The notes under the pieces: model-generated
The model's input: only the letters and a program-made list of their open reading frames with translations
Told to the model about the DNA's origin: nothing
Database searches by the model: none
Assembly (NCBI GenBank): GCA_951406725.2
Contig: OX597822.1
Span: 105,524,001 to 105,588,000 of the forward strand
Length of the DNA: 64,000 bases
Source: Octopus vulgaris
Lineage: Eukaryota
Reading direction: 5' to 3'
Position numbers and translations under genes: made by a program
Shown here: in pieces, positions 29,077 to 42,057 of the stretch
Layout of the letters: the number at the start of each line of letters is the position of its first letter
How positions within the stretch are numbered: position 1 is the first letter of the stretch

Positions 29077-29576
29077 ACATGTAAATCTAAGTGGATAAAA
29101 TATTTCAACATTCCGGCTTCTTATGGGTACTCTCTAGTATGTGTATATATACATATACTCTTTCAGAAATGGAGTGATATATTGTGCAATAGTCACCAAT
29201 AAAAACAACAAAGGTGACTTGGTTACGCGTGGGAATCATTTGCTTATAGCTGCGTTCATTCATGCAGAGAACTCAAGTAAAATGATCAATGAAGAAACAT
29301 AATTGCTTGAATCAATTGAGCGTATTTTTATTTGAGCAGCTGATTCATGTTTAGTTGTAAATTGGTGCATGTTACTGTACAACTTGTTATTATTGTCCTC
29401 TTCAAAGTTATTGCATATCTAAAGAGATGTTGCACGATAAAAGGGAAAATTTGTGTCAATGCAAAACCTAAGTATCATCTTGATCCGTTTCGATACAGAG
29501 TTAAAATATACCACAGTAAAAATGAAGATTGACTAATGTAATTGTATAAGAATTTCAATATTTGTTTCAGCCTATT

Positions 29577-29621
<45 letters not shown>

Positions 29622-29631
29622 CACAAAGATA

Positions 29632-29846
29632 CAAGGGGCTGAAGAATAGTTCCTGACCTTGGTAAAATAAAACACAGGAGGATCAGTTAATTATGATTTT
29701 ATTCAACATATTCCCCTCTCAGATTCTCACGCCTGTTGCAGTGGTCCTAAACATTTTCTAAAACCTGTAAAATAACTCGGACGTTAGGGCTTCCAGCCAG
29801 TCGTTTCGCGACACCCTTAAGCCAAGAACTTTTCAGCGCCCCCTGG
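29632..29846 (+). mobile_element. Mariner-derived MITE
   Basis: TA-flanked imperfect TIRs CAAGGGGCTGAAGAATAGTTCCTG / CAAGAACTTTTCAGCGCCCCCTGG; inverted homolog at 56362-56586. Confidence 0.75.
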
Positions 29847-30772
29847 TATTATTTATCATATATGTTTCTTTTCCCCAGAGTACTCCCACCTATTTTCTAT
29901 TTAATTAGATTTCAGCATCGATATTTCAAAGAATTATACAATATTGACTTTCGATATTTACATTAGGAAGAAAAATCATCATCCAATAAGCTTTCGTTTA
30001 AATATGGTGGATGATACCAGGTGTTTCTTAAGCCAATAAGAACTCATGAGGTTGATCGATTATATTCGTTGCGATGCAATTAATTCTTCAAATTAATGAA
30101 TGAAATAAATTGCATTACGAGATTACGCCTCAAATCGAATAGTGATTTTGAGAGTCCAGATGCAGTAGCTTAGGCCATTCATTATATCGGTTTATGGCTG
30201 TTGAATTAAGGTAATAAATTATAATTTATAGAAGATATCCAAATAAGTAAAAGAAAAAAAACACAAAAATAAGAATAGAGCAAAAGATAAAAGAATAATT
30301 TCAAAATTGAGAATAAATTCATGAAAACAGACATCAATGAAATCTCTTATTTTAAAATAGCGTTATTAAATATTTTTAAGTGCTGTTTCATTCTTTTTGT
30401 CATTCAAACTATGCTTGCACAAACCTAACAAGCTGTCATCAAAATTATATATTGTTTGCGAAAATTTTAACCAGCTTACTTCCAAAATGTGATCATACTT
30501 AAAATGAAAGGGATAAACTTTACGTTTTCTACAACGCTAATGGAGACGCACTGTCATCTTTCAAAATAAGAGATATGTTGTTGTTGATGTTGTTGGCATG
30601 AAATTCAAGATCGGACTTTATTTGATTTCAAGATCGGACTTATTCTGTGTATCATAAAATCAATCATCTCAATCGATTTGATTTTGATATTTTAAAAAGG
30701 ATTGACGTAACTCTTAATGAATGTAAACAGTCAAGACAAAGTGTGCGATTCGATTGTAAGATATTTTATTGG

Positions 30773-30815
30773 TTGAGCGATATTTCAACAGTAAGTCTGT
30801 CTTTGTCAAGTTCAA
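30773..30815 (-). ncRNA. Minimal hammerhead variant in pLTR (U3:A8 core); decayed mirror copy at 31731-31769 (+)
   Basis: TTGAAC TTGACAA a GACAG actta CTGTT GAAA TATC GCTCAA; mirror has perfect stem I TTGAAC/GTTCAA; AATAAA follows. Confidence 0.55.
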
Positions 30816-31023
30816 AATAAGAAGTGATAAAAATTCAAAATTATAGAAATTTAAACGTAAAGTATGAACGAGAGTGACCAGCGACCAGCGTCCACACGTT
30901 GATGGAATGACATCATCAGTTTATAAGTTACAATTTTATGACAGGCGAAAAGAAGACAGAAAAAAAACAGAGAAAAGAAAACGACAGAAAAAAAGGAAAG
31001 AAAAAGAGAGAAAGAAGAATATT

Positions 31024-31376
31024 TAATCAAACAGTTTTGTATAAATTTGATGATATTCTCCTGTCATTTTATTCATTCCTCCAGGGTGTGATGTTAATAA
31101 CCCGCAAACCTATTTCTCCTCATGCATTCTGAGAAGTGAAAGAGAAGCAGATTCAGAATATTTTCTGAGAACATGCACTTTCAAGTCTTCTTCAAAATTG
31201 CAGCCGCTTGAAACGAAATGTTCAGCAAGTTCTGTCGAACTACTGTTATTGTGCCTGACGTCGAATCTGTGCCCATTAAACCTTTAGTTTAATTGTTCTG
31301 TTGTACAACCAACATAAATCAAGTTGCGTTTCGTGCATTCTGTAGCGTACACCAAATGAGAATCTTTACATGTTCC
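31024..31376 (-). pseudogene. GIY-YIG endonuclease domain of a Penelope-like element (two in-frame stops)
   Basis: GTCKDSHLVYATECTKRNLIYVGCTTEQLN*RFNGHRFDVRHNNSSSTELAEHFVSSGCNFEEDLKVHVL...LRMHEEK*VCGLLTSHPGGMNK: LVY/YVG, RF..HR, HF, E..W, P.GMN motifs. Confidence 0.9.
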
Positions 31377-31871
31377 ACTTTCTGTTATAAATCATAACAT
31401 TTCTGTTATGATTTCTGATGGAATTCACTCAGAATGTATGAGGAGAAATATGTTTGCGGGTTATTAACATGAATCTCTGGAGGAATGAATAAGATGAGAG
31501 GAGAATAACATGAAATTTACACAAAACTGTTTGATTAAATATTCTTCTTTCTTTCCTTTTTTTCTGTCGTCTTCTTTTTCTGTTTTTTTCTGTCTTTTTA
31601 TTTTCGCCTGTCATAAAATTGTAATTTAAAAACTGATGATGTCATTCCATCAACGTGTGGAAGATGGTTGCTCTCGTTCATACTTTATGCTTAAATTTCT
31701 ATAATATTTGAATTTATATCACTTCTTATTTTGAACTTCACAAAGATTTACTGTTGAAACATCGTTCAACCAATAAAATATCGCGCTCTTCGTCTCAACT
31801 GTTTAATAATAATAATAATGATAATAACAACTAGAACAACAACAACAACAACAATAATAATAATAATAATA

Positions 31872-31915
<44 letters not shown>

Positions 31916-31970
31916 TGAAAGCACGCTATAAAAATAAAAATAAAACTACTGAATAATAATAATAATAATA

Positions 31971-32079
31971 ATGCATGTGCCTGGTGTACCCTTATCAGAC
32001 GGGTAGTCATGATGGGTATATTGGGCTTCGTATATTTTACCCCAGTGTCACTTTGATGGCATGCACTGCTCTCTCACTC

Positions 32080-32171
<92 letters not shown>

Positions 32172-32766
32172 GAAGAAGAAGAAGAAGAAGAAGAAGAAGA
32201 ATAGTAAATGCCCTGATGCAGTACCAGGCAGTGGCTCTCCTGACTCTCATGATCTTAACTGATTGGAAGTGTTATCATGTACATTGTTTTGTCTTGGTAT
32301 AAAAGATGGGCTACATAAATATTCTGCTCAATGTCACAGATTTGCTTATCAGTTGCTTGACCATCACCGGTTGAGAATTTCCCTCAGTGGCCGACGATAT
32401 GTGCATCTCTGATCATGAGCAGAAGTAGTGGGGGTGCATCATAGCCATATGTTGAAAGGAATTCTTTGGTTTGTGGATAATTCACCTCTGGAAACATGGG
32501 TGTTTTGTTCATCATCCTTAAACATGCTTAAACCTTATTTAGGGACCTTTTGACCGAGATGGGCTACTCAACCTGAAAAAAATCTAACAGGGCCCCACCT
32601 GCAAAGCCATGTGCTCTATATCTTAATATGAGATTACTATGTCGCACGCATATAGTTGTGATGCATGTACCTCATGTACCCTTATCAGATAGGTAGTCCC
32701 GATGGGTATACTGGGCTTCGTATATTTGACCCTTAGTGTCACTTTGGTGGCATGCGCTGCTCACTC
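31971..32766 (+). mobile_element. Two copies (31971-32079 truncated; 32201-32766 long) of an unclassified (AAT)n-embedded retroposon-like repeat
   Basis: Shared ~110-bp 3' end GTACCCTTATCAGA...CACTC followed directly by (AAT)n in both; variable 5' truncation. Confidence 0.7.
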
Positions 32767-32783
32767 AATAATGATAATAATAA

Positions 32784-33340
32784 GAGCAAAAATGATTTTA
32801 CTTTTTGCCAATGCCGGGGTGGTGAGGGCAGTTGAGAACCCATCACTTATAAAATGCTCCAATGGCCCGCGCAAGTCAAGCCTGACCCCTTCGCCAAACC
32901 AAAAGAAGAGTGTGAAAAGGCGTCTTCAAATAATCAGTGCTCCCTGAAGACTGTATACGTCAGCCTTGGATAGCAAACAGCTTGGACGAAGGAACACTCT
33001 GAGATGAAAATCAGGGGACCAATGACCCTGACCCCTTGGTGAACTACCTTGGTAGGGATGGTGTCTCTGGTTGGCAGTAACCTAAAAATAAACCTCATTT
33101 TTGAGTGAAAATGGCAAGCATAATAGATAACGATAACAGTGTGAACAGGGCAGGAATCAATGGTGATGGTGCAGCACCCGGCAGCTGCTCCACTATGTAG
33201 CAGTGTGGGCACGGTCGTAATCTAGCAACTGCTAGCCATGCTACAAGCCATAAGTGGAGTGCTTGGCCCTGCTAGAATTCTTTGCAGGGCTCTTGAAGCA
33301 TGACCAGTAAACAAGTGCCACCAGTAAACAAGTGCCAACA
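32784..33340 (+). mobile_element. Probable internally deleted Dong/R4-like LINE (5'UTR and ORF start fused to ORF end)
   Basis: ATG at 33111 (MASIIDNDNSVNRAG...GRNLATA) followed closely by LGPARILCRALEA* (33262-33303), matching the LGTARILRRVL C-terminus; starts at an (AAT)n tract. Confidence 0.55.
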
Positions 33341-34948
33341 ACAATTATAAATATAATTGAATTTATTCTTCTAACAATATGATTTTTAAAAAGAGAAACC
33401 TATTTTAGTGAATTATTGAATGGTAGGCATTGTGCGTACGTCGTTAGGAAATATTAAAAGCTGATGAGAAGACTTGATGAGAAAATATTTAAAGGTTATA
33501 AAATACTTAAGAATTTTAATCGTTGTCTTCATTTTCGCAAGAAAACAATGTTGAATATTGAACGAGAAATCTTTTTAACACCGATGAATATATTCATCTA
33601 ATGGCCGTTCGTTGTTTAACTCTTTCGGAAATTAAGATCAGTTCAAGCGTTTTCTTGACTGACCAAAGAAGTAATGTCATATTACTTAGTTTAATTCCTT
33701 TACCGTAATTACTAAAGAAACTCCGAAATATGTCATAAATCTTAATTCTTTCCAAGTATCATAATGGATACTGTTGTAATGACGAACTTTGATCTTGGCA
33801 GAATATCTTTCTGGTATTAAAATTTCCGACCAGAGCTACTTAAGCACTCTAAATTGATGTTATCATTTCAGAAACGCTGGTCTGGCGAAATATTTTATTC
33901 TTCCGGTTTATTGTTTTAATTGAGCTTCAAATACAGCATGATATATGATTTTAAGATAAATATCAATATAAACAAACATGTCATGAGACTCACGAAGCTG
34001 GCCATAAACTTTCAATGATTAACTTAATTTAAAATACTTTTTTTCTTCTTTATCTGTTGCTATAGATTTGATTAACTAAAGTTACGAAAGCCATAAAGAA
34101 AATACTGTAACACCGAGATCAGTGCTTAAACACATTTAGAATTATATAGTATAAACAGTTAAGAGAAATTACCATGATCTCATCTCTACGTGCGTTGTTT
34201 TTGCTGAAATTAATAGAAGAAAAGAAAGGATATTGTAGTATGAAAACAATATATGATAACTGCTGTGAATATATAAACGAAGAGAAAATTACGTTGACGA
34301 CATTATATGATATAATGTATATATAACATCAGATAAGCCACCATCAGAACTATTTCAAAGGCATAAAAATATATGGAAGTAAGAATATTCACGATTATTT
34401 AATTTTGTAAAGCAGTGAAGAAATACTTGATCGTACATCACAGCTTCTTCTTTCTGATTTGTAATATTGGGGTCAAGATAAAGCAACCCAGTGGTGTAAG
34501 GGCAAGGGTTACTAGCTCAGAGTCTACCGTTAGTCCAGTAACTACTTATAACTAAACAAAGAGTATGTGGTTAGAGATAACAGGCGGATGATAGCTTACG
34601 AAATAGCTATGTTCCTAACATGTCCAGAACATTGAAGTGAGTACAATAACAAGAATTTTTAGAGTAAAATATAGATTTATATAAAGAATGATTTCGATTG
34701 TTAAAGGGTGTACAACTCCTAGATACTGAATTATTCTCAGATCCTGAATATTTCACCGAGTATTTGAAATGGAATATTCAATACATTTTATGTTTTCACT
34801 GCGTGTTTAATCTTAATATTCTAGGCATTTTAATATTTTAGCAATAATCTGTTTGAACGTATAGAACTGATATGTTCTCGTAAAGGTGTTTCTTTGAAAT
34901 GTGTAGAAATTTCAGAGATAGCCCCGCTCACTATACATACGCATATAT

Positions 34949-34994
<46 letters not shown>

Positions 34995-35055
34995 TTATAT
35001 ATGTATGTATATACATATATATATATATATATATGCATGTATGTATGTACATATA

Positions 35056-35122
<67 letters not shown>

Positions 35123-35215
35123 ATATATATATATGTTTGTATGTATATGTGTATGTATATATATATATATATATATAAGTATGTATATATACATATATAC
35201 ATATATATATGTATG

Positions 35216-35266
<51 letters not shown>

Positions 35267-35275
35267 ATATATGTG

Positions 35276-35306
<31 letters not shown>

Positions 35307-35335
35307 ATATATGTATATATATGTATGTATATATG

Positions 35336-35388
<53 letters not shown>

Positions 35389-35959
35389 AATATATATATA
35401 TATATATATGAAATACAATTAAATGACCTGCTTAGAAGCCGTTGATCTGAGGTTAAAAAGTATTACCTTTTGAAAATATATCGATACACTCCCCTTCGGG
35501 ATTTCATCTCGGAATATTAAAGCATTTCAAATTACTGCTCACATCAGAAATTATGAAATAAATCGTATGATGATATGAAGGCTAATGGTGACACTCGCTC
35601 GTGTTTGTGCCATTCACAAAATATTTATTAACGAAAGCTGCTGTCACAATAAATCTATTTCCAGTTTGCTAATGCTGTATTTTCATCAATTGAATATTAC
35701 TGCCGATTATCAGTTGATGTTGTTTATTGCTAATAAATAAAATGTTTATATATTCAGTTTTAGTAGAAACTTGCGATATGGTTCGACTATTACCCCTACG
35801 GAGAATCCTTTCACTCCATTAATCATTAATCTTCGGTTGTCGTGTACAGAATGTTCATCATAATACCCAAGATCATAGATACATACATATATACACACAC
35901 GCATATGTAATGAAACGTAAACTGAGATATTGATAATTAAAGAATGAGATAGATAGAGA

Positions 35960-36002
35960 TAGATAGATAGATAGATAGCAAGATAGATAATTAGATAGAT
36001 TG

Positions 36003-36038
<36 letters not shown>

Positions 36039-36072
36039 ATAGATAGATAGCAAGATAAAAAATTAGATAGAT

Positions 36073-36136
<64 letters not shown>

Positions 36137-36170
36137 ATAGATAGATAGCAAGATAAATAATTAGATAGAT

Positions 36171-36215
<45 letters not shown>

Positions 36216-36247
36216 AGATAGATAGCAAGATAAATAATTAGATAGAT

Positions 36248-36283
<36 letters not shown>
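35960..36283. repeat. Higher-order minisatellite: four units of GATAGATAGATAGCAAGATARATAATTAGATAGATTG + (AT)n
   Basis: Directly visible. Confidence 0.9.
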
Positions 36284-36322
<39 letters not shown>

Positions 36323-36764
36323 TAAATAATGATAGACAGATAGATAGATTAGATTAGATTGGATAGTTAGATAAATAGATATATTGATAGATAAATAGCT
36401 AAATATAGTGAAAGAGAGAAAGACATAAAACTAGTGATTAAAGGAAATTGATTTTTGAATATATATGTATATATAAGGTTCATGTATATGTACATGTATA
36501 TATGTGTATGCATGGATATAGATATATGTGAGTATGTGAGTCTATGTATGTGTATATATATGTACCTCTATGCTCTTGCATATCAGTATTCCCAAATAAT
36601 CACCATCCCTCACCTAAACGATTTGAGGATTTTTCAAAGAGCTAATCTAATGCAGTTATTCCCAAGGTACCGATGGAATGGATTTCAGAGATTCAATGCT
36701 CCATCTTTTCCCTCTAATATTGTGGTGAGTCGAAAGCTCTGTGAAATTTTGGAAACTCATTTTT

Positions 36765-37215
36765 TTATTCTCTTTTACTCTTTTAATTGTTTCAGTCATT
36801 TGACTGTGGCCATGCTGGGACATATTCTTTGTAAGCCTAGTACTTATTCTATCGGTTTCTTTTGCCGATCCGCAAAAAGGGACGTAAACACACCAGCATC
36901 TGTTGTCAAGCGAAATAAAGCGATGTTAGGGGGACAAACACAGACACACAAACATATATATACAAACACACACACACACACACACACATACACACATACA
37001 CACACACACACACACACAAACACACACATATATATATATGTATACTTATATACGACGTGCTTCTTTCAGTTTCCGTCTACCAAATCCACTCACAAGGCTT
37101 TGGTCGGCCCGAGGCTGCAGTAGAAGACACTTCCCCAAGCTGCCAGGCAGTGGGACTGAACTCGGAACTATGTGGTTGGTAAGCAATCTACTTACCACAG
37201 AGCCCCTCCTACGCT
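36765..37215 (-). mobile_element. CORE-SINE group B, near full length
   Basis: Homologous along its length to 13701-14087 and 40712-41113. Confidence 0.9.
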
Positions 37216-37379
37216 TCCCATCAAATTATTTGAAAAGCAGTCTAGCATTCAAAGTAGAAACCATCATGTTGCACTGTCTGAAGCCACTTTTCTGCCAGTT
37301 CTTTGGTCCCACACTGATACCCGTTATTGTCCTGTGAGACGAAGAACTCCGTACCTGAAGCTTCATATGTTCTTGGCTG

Positions 37380-37960
37380 GTGAAGGGTTGCGAACAAAGG
37401 CAAGCCATGAATCGGAACAAATAATAATCCGACGGAGATATTTTTCCGCAATGATGGTGTGCATAAAGAGTGGTTATGCATGGGCCCGCTTTTGGAACGT
37501 GTCACCAAACATGGAGACGGTCAAATTATTGATGACAACCTCTACTTCGAACAGCTGGAGTGGATGTATGCTACTGTGCGACAAAAATACTCGGCTATAG
37601 TTTAAAGAAAACCCATCTCCAGCAAGAGAACGCAAGGCCTTATATCACTCGAATGACTCGGAATAAACTCCGGGAACTTGAAAGAATCGAACTGATGCTA
37701 AACTCAGCATCTAATCCGGGGTCATTTCCTGCGCTCACGACACTTCATAATTCAAGAGGAATTGGAAGTGTCAGTGAAGGAGCTCATCGCCTCGAAGGAC
37801 AAGAACTGGTATCAGCCCGTGATCAAAGAACTGTCAGATCGTAGGCTTCAAATGTGGTAACACGATGCCCACTATTTTCAATGCTAGGCTGATTTTATGG
37901 TAAATTGACGAATAAAGAAAATAAATCTCCAAAATATTGAAAGACTATACTCAACACAAA
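37380..37960 (+). mobile_element. Mariner transposase remnant (second lineage)
   Basis: DGQIIDDNLYFEQLEWMY... and LQQENARPYITRMTRNKLRELERIELM resemble LQQDNARPH...IELLPHPAYSPDL. Confidence 0.75.
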
Positions 37961-38059
37961 TTTCTGATGCATATCTTTGCTTTAAATACATTATTTAGAA
38001 CGAACATTGAAGATACGCTTTTCTTTCTCCGTTGTACTCACGAGTAAACGAATTGCCAA

Positions 38060-38490
38060 CGTCAGACGTTCGACTCTGTGCACGGAGATGTGGTTTGTAA
38101 GGTTCTGGAACTGTGATGTATACCTCCTCAACTGATTACGCCGATGATGGCCTAGTATACTGGATTACTCAATGCAGTTCGGATTGGGGTTCATCATCTG
38201 ACTTTTCCAATTAAATCTAGGGTCGTCAGAGTTGTGTTTTGGCTCCATTTCTGTACGATGCCTGCATAAATTTGATACTTGGTAGAATGGAACCTCGTAT
38301 GAGTTGTGGTGCACTCGTTATTTAAACGAGGACTTCAGACCCAGATTTAACTGATAACACAGTTATTCTTGCTTAGTCTCTGGATATCCTAAGGAGTGCT
38401 CCCCTTTCACTGAGCAAGAAAGTGAAACTACTTGGCCTTAGAGTCTCTTGGGTCAAGACAAAGATTCAGTCCTTCGTTGGCGTTTTTTGG
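38060..38490 (+). mobile_element. RTE-clade LINE reverse-transcriptase fragment, degenerate
   Basis: RQSCVLAPFLYDACINLILG...DLTDNTVILA*SLDIL...LLGLRVSWVKTKIQ matches QGCVLAP, FADD and GL.VS..KTK RT motifs. Confidence 0.8.
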
Positions 38491-39360
38491 AGGGCACCAC
38501 TACGTCTGACTCTGATGCAGTTGGGAATATATTGAGATACATAGCGTCATTAGCAGACGAAATACCGCTAAGCCTTGAGCCCGGCGTACTAACGATTCTG
38601 CCAGCTCGCCGGCAGAATCGTTAAGGAAAATAAGGAATAACGCAAAGTCTTCGCTAATTCATCGCATTGGAAAGTGTTATGTCACGAGCTATACAAACAC
38701 AAGATGTATATTTCAAATAGCTATTGAAATCTGGATATCTATAAATTATGTACCAGTTTTATACTGGAATACAAAAGACTCTTGACAAAGGTGTGAGTGT
38801 TATAATGAACAACTAAGGAAGGCTTTTCTGAAATATAACCTACACCTTGACTTAATTTCTTCATTTTCACACAAATTTTTTTACGAAAATATTTCATTTA
38901 TCTAAATTGCAGTGATTGTAATGTGATTGTGAAAGTGAAAAATATTCGAAAAAGCGTACAATAATGGAAGTAAATAGCTTAAGGATATTGAATAATATTA
39001 TTGATGGAACTTTGATATTTGGTAAAGAACCTTGCAGCACACAAACAGATAAATTACAGGGCTGTAAACTAATTAAGAAGAGAAAAATGTTCATAATTAT
39101 AGAGGATGAGCTATGTTTTATCCCATAATTTTGAATGAATAAATTTATTAATTTCGCTTCCAGAATATTTATTAAAATTGCACATATATTACAACAGTAA
39201 TTATAAAACTTTGCCAGATACTGTAATTTTAATTTTCCAATACGCATAATTATTAAGTTGTACACTGTACAGTTAAAAAGAATATCTTTGACAGCTCAAA
39301 AACCTAAATACTGCAGCAGGGGGGTGATATTTTAGAGAATATTGCAAGTAATTACAATAT

Positions 39361-39748
39361 GTGGAAGCACTCCGTCGGTTACGACGACGAGGGTTCCGGT
39401 TGATCCGAATCAACGGAACAGCCTGCTCGTGAAATTAACGTGTAAGTGGCTGAGCACTCCACAGACACGTGTACCCTTAACCTAGTTCTCGGGGATATTC
39501 AGCGTGACACAGACAGTGACAAGGCCGGCCCCTTTGAAATACAGGTACAACAGAAACAGTAAGTAAGAGTGAGAGAAAGTTGTGGTGAAAGAGTACAGCA
39601 GAGATCACCACCATCCCCTGCCGGAGCCTCGTGGAGCTTTTAGGTGTTTTCGCTCAATAAACACTCACGACGCCCGGTCTGGGAATCGAAACCGCGATCC
39701 TATGACCGCGAGTCCGCTGCCCTAACCACTGGGCCATTGCGCCTCCAC
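39361..39748 (-). mobile_element. Young tRNA-derived SINE (octopus OR1/OR2-like), flanked by a ~110-bp direct duplication
   Basis: Head GGAGGCGCAATGGCCCAGTGGTTAGGGCAGCGGACTCGCGG...GGTTTCGATTCCC (A and B boxes, TCG anticodon-like); about 6 differences from 60371-60754. Confidence 0.92.
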
Positions 39749-40711
39749 TATTAAGGTGTACACTGTACAGTTAAAAAGAATATCTTTGACAGCTCAAAAA
39801 TCTAAATACTGCAGCAGGGGGTGATATTTTAGAGAATATTGCTAGTAATTACAACATACAGAGAGTAACGAGGAAAAATGTAGTGAAATGAGATCTAAAC
39901 TTAGAAAGTTGACCGGCGCTATTGACTACTGCAAAGCAATGCTAAATAACCAAATTAGCTTTTCACTCTATGAACTAATTAAACATGAATCCCAGTAATA
40001 AGAAAGAATTATTGATGTCTCAAATTGGCACGGGGCCACAAATTTCTAAAGGGGAAGAGGAATCCATTGAATCGATCCAAGTACAGGCTGAATGAGTAAT
40101 AATTAGAACATACCTATTTATATATTTGCACTCATATAGATGAGAGAGAACTCGCAGTCTTACTACTAAAGTCATCAATATCTTTGGAGTATCGTTATTG
40201 ATTCTTCGATGGATATGCGAAATATTCGGCAATAGAATGTCTGAAAACGATTCTTTAACGCTGAGTTTTACCATCATTGTGCTGTGGCATCCGTGGAGTA
40301 TGAGTATGGCACCTATATTTACCACGACTTTCTAAGACAGGTTCAAAATTGATAGGAACATTTATATTTTTTATCGTAATAACACTTGTGAAAATGACAC
40401 TTTCTGAAAAATTACAGTGCATGTATCTTTTGGTATATACTATAAACACACACTCACACATTCATGCCTTCATACATTGTGATTGTGTGTGTGTGTATGT
40501 GTGTGTGTGTGTGTGTGTGTATGTGTGGTGTGTGTGTGTGTGAAAACATAAAAGCATTTGAGTGCAACACGAAGTCTCGAGATTTGCACAGGTAAGGAAA
40601 AATAATAATTTGCTGGATATGATGACTTCACTGTCACTCAGGGAGTCATGGAATCGATCATGAGACAGCCATGCGCATTAAAAGCATTATATGAATGTAT
40701 GTTTTTATGTA

Positions 40712-41113
40712 TCTCTTTTACTCTTTTACTTGTTTCAGTCATTTGACTGCGGCCATGCTGGAGCACTGCCGTTAGTCGAGGAATTCGACCGCAGGACTTA
40801 TTCTTTGTAAGCCTGTTACATATTCTATCGGTCTCTTTTGCTGAATCGCTAAGTTACGGGGATGTAAACACACCAGCATCGGTTGTTAAGCGATGTTGGG
40901 CGGACAAACACAGAAACACAAACACACACACAACATATATATATATATATATATATACATATATACAACGGGCTTCTTTCAGTTCCCGTCTACCAAATCC
41001 ACTCACAAGGCTTTGGTCGGCCCGAAGTTATAGTAGAAGATACTTGCCCAAGATGCCACGCAGTGGGACTGAACCCGGAACCATGTAGTTGGTAAGCAAG
41101 CTACTTACCACAC
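40712..41113 (-). mobile_element. CORE-SINE group B, full length
   Basis: Head GTGGTAAGTAGCTTGCTTACCAAC, CORE GGCATCTTGGGCAAGTATCTTCTAC, tail AAAAGAGTAAAGAG. Confidence 0.92.
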
Positions 41114-41400
41114 TATAATATATAAATACATATAAATATATATTAGAACTACTACACTAGAGTGGACGCAAGCGCTGATATATGATTTATAAAAGCATGT
41201 GACATATTAATAAATATCTGTAAATATAAAACCATCCAGATTTCGGAGTGCCTCATTTCTTCTAATATATAATACCTGTACATCATCTCAAGTAGTTGAC
41301 TTGAGTACTTGACTATTCACGGCAGCATTTGAACTCAGGAAGCGCAGGAAACCAGAGAGTGTTTTGTGCCCACCGTCTCACTGAATTCGCTGCTTTCAGT

Positions 41401-41454
<54 letters not shown>

Positions 41455-42057
41455 CACTACTGCTGCTGCTACTGTTGCTGTTGTTGTTGTTGTTGTTGCT
41501 ACTGATGATGATGATAATGATGATATCAAAAAGCGAAAACACTGCAATACAAACATCTTTTGTAAACCAATGTCACAGTCGAGGATGTTTGATCAACAAA
41601 TGTGACGCAGAAATACATACAAAAACAAAAACAAAAATACACCTTTACATTCAACTTTTCAGTGAGATTCTATGTTGTATGTAGTTTACTTGACAGCCTG
41701 GAACGTTTCAAAACAAGATTAACTGAATTGAGATTTCAAATTGAAAACCGTACACTCTTTGGAACCATATTTAAATTGTCAAGATTAAATTATGAGGATT
41801 AACGTAACCAAACTATAAACCAACTAGATCTTATTAGCGGTTGAATCTAATTAATATTTGTCGATATAAACCTTGGATGGCTGGTTCGTTCGCTGGTTCG
41901 TTCGTTCCTTGCTTAGTCGGGTTCTCCAGTCACGTTTTATTTTACCACTAGCAGTATCGCCCGGCAAGACAAGTAGTAACAAGGGGGTCGTAAATTTTAT
42001 GTCTCGTCGTCTCTTTTGTGAAGCTTATGTGTTATATATAACCTGCCTTATATTTTA

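Larger units (their letters stand above)
30724..31805 (-). mobile_element. Penelope-like element (Neptune-like): GIY-YIG remnant with 3' pLTR and an inverted 5'-truncated pLTR copy
   Basis: Inverted arms 30724-31133 / 31428-31805 diverging from the centre; coding remnant and hammerhead variant listed separately; right end abuts (AAT)n. Confidence 0.9.

Noticed and set aside
32935-33000. CTGAAGA inside an 8-bp stem in the Dong-like 5' region
   Set aside because: No correctly placed GAAA/NUH; HDV-like fold could not be built by eye.
35452-35496. CTGAGGT-aaaag/ctttt-GAAAATATATC
   Set aside because: Core A9 altered and stem I register wrong; AT-rich chance match plausible.
39680-39748. tRNA-like sequences (also 44385, 60371)
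   Set aside because: SINE heads continuing into repeat bodies; no acceptor stem or terminator of a true tRNA gene.
40114-40240. AG/GT-bounded minus segment with one open frame
   Set aside because: Weak polypyrimidine tract, no homology, no linked exon.
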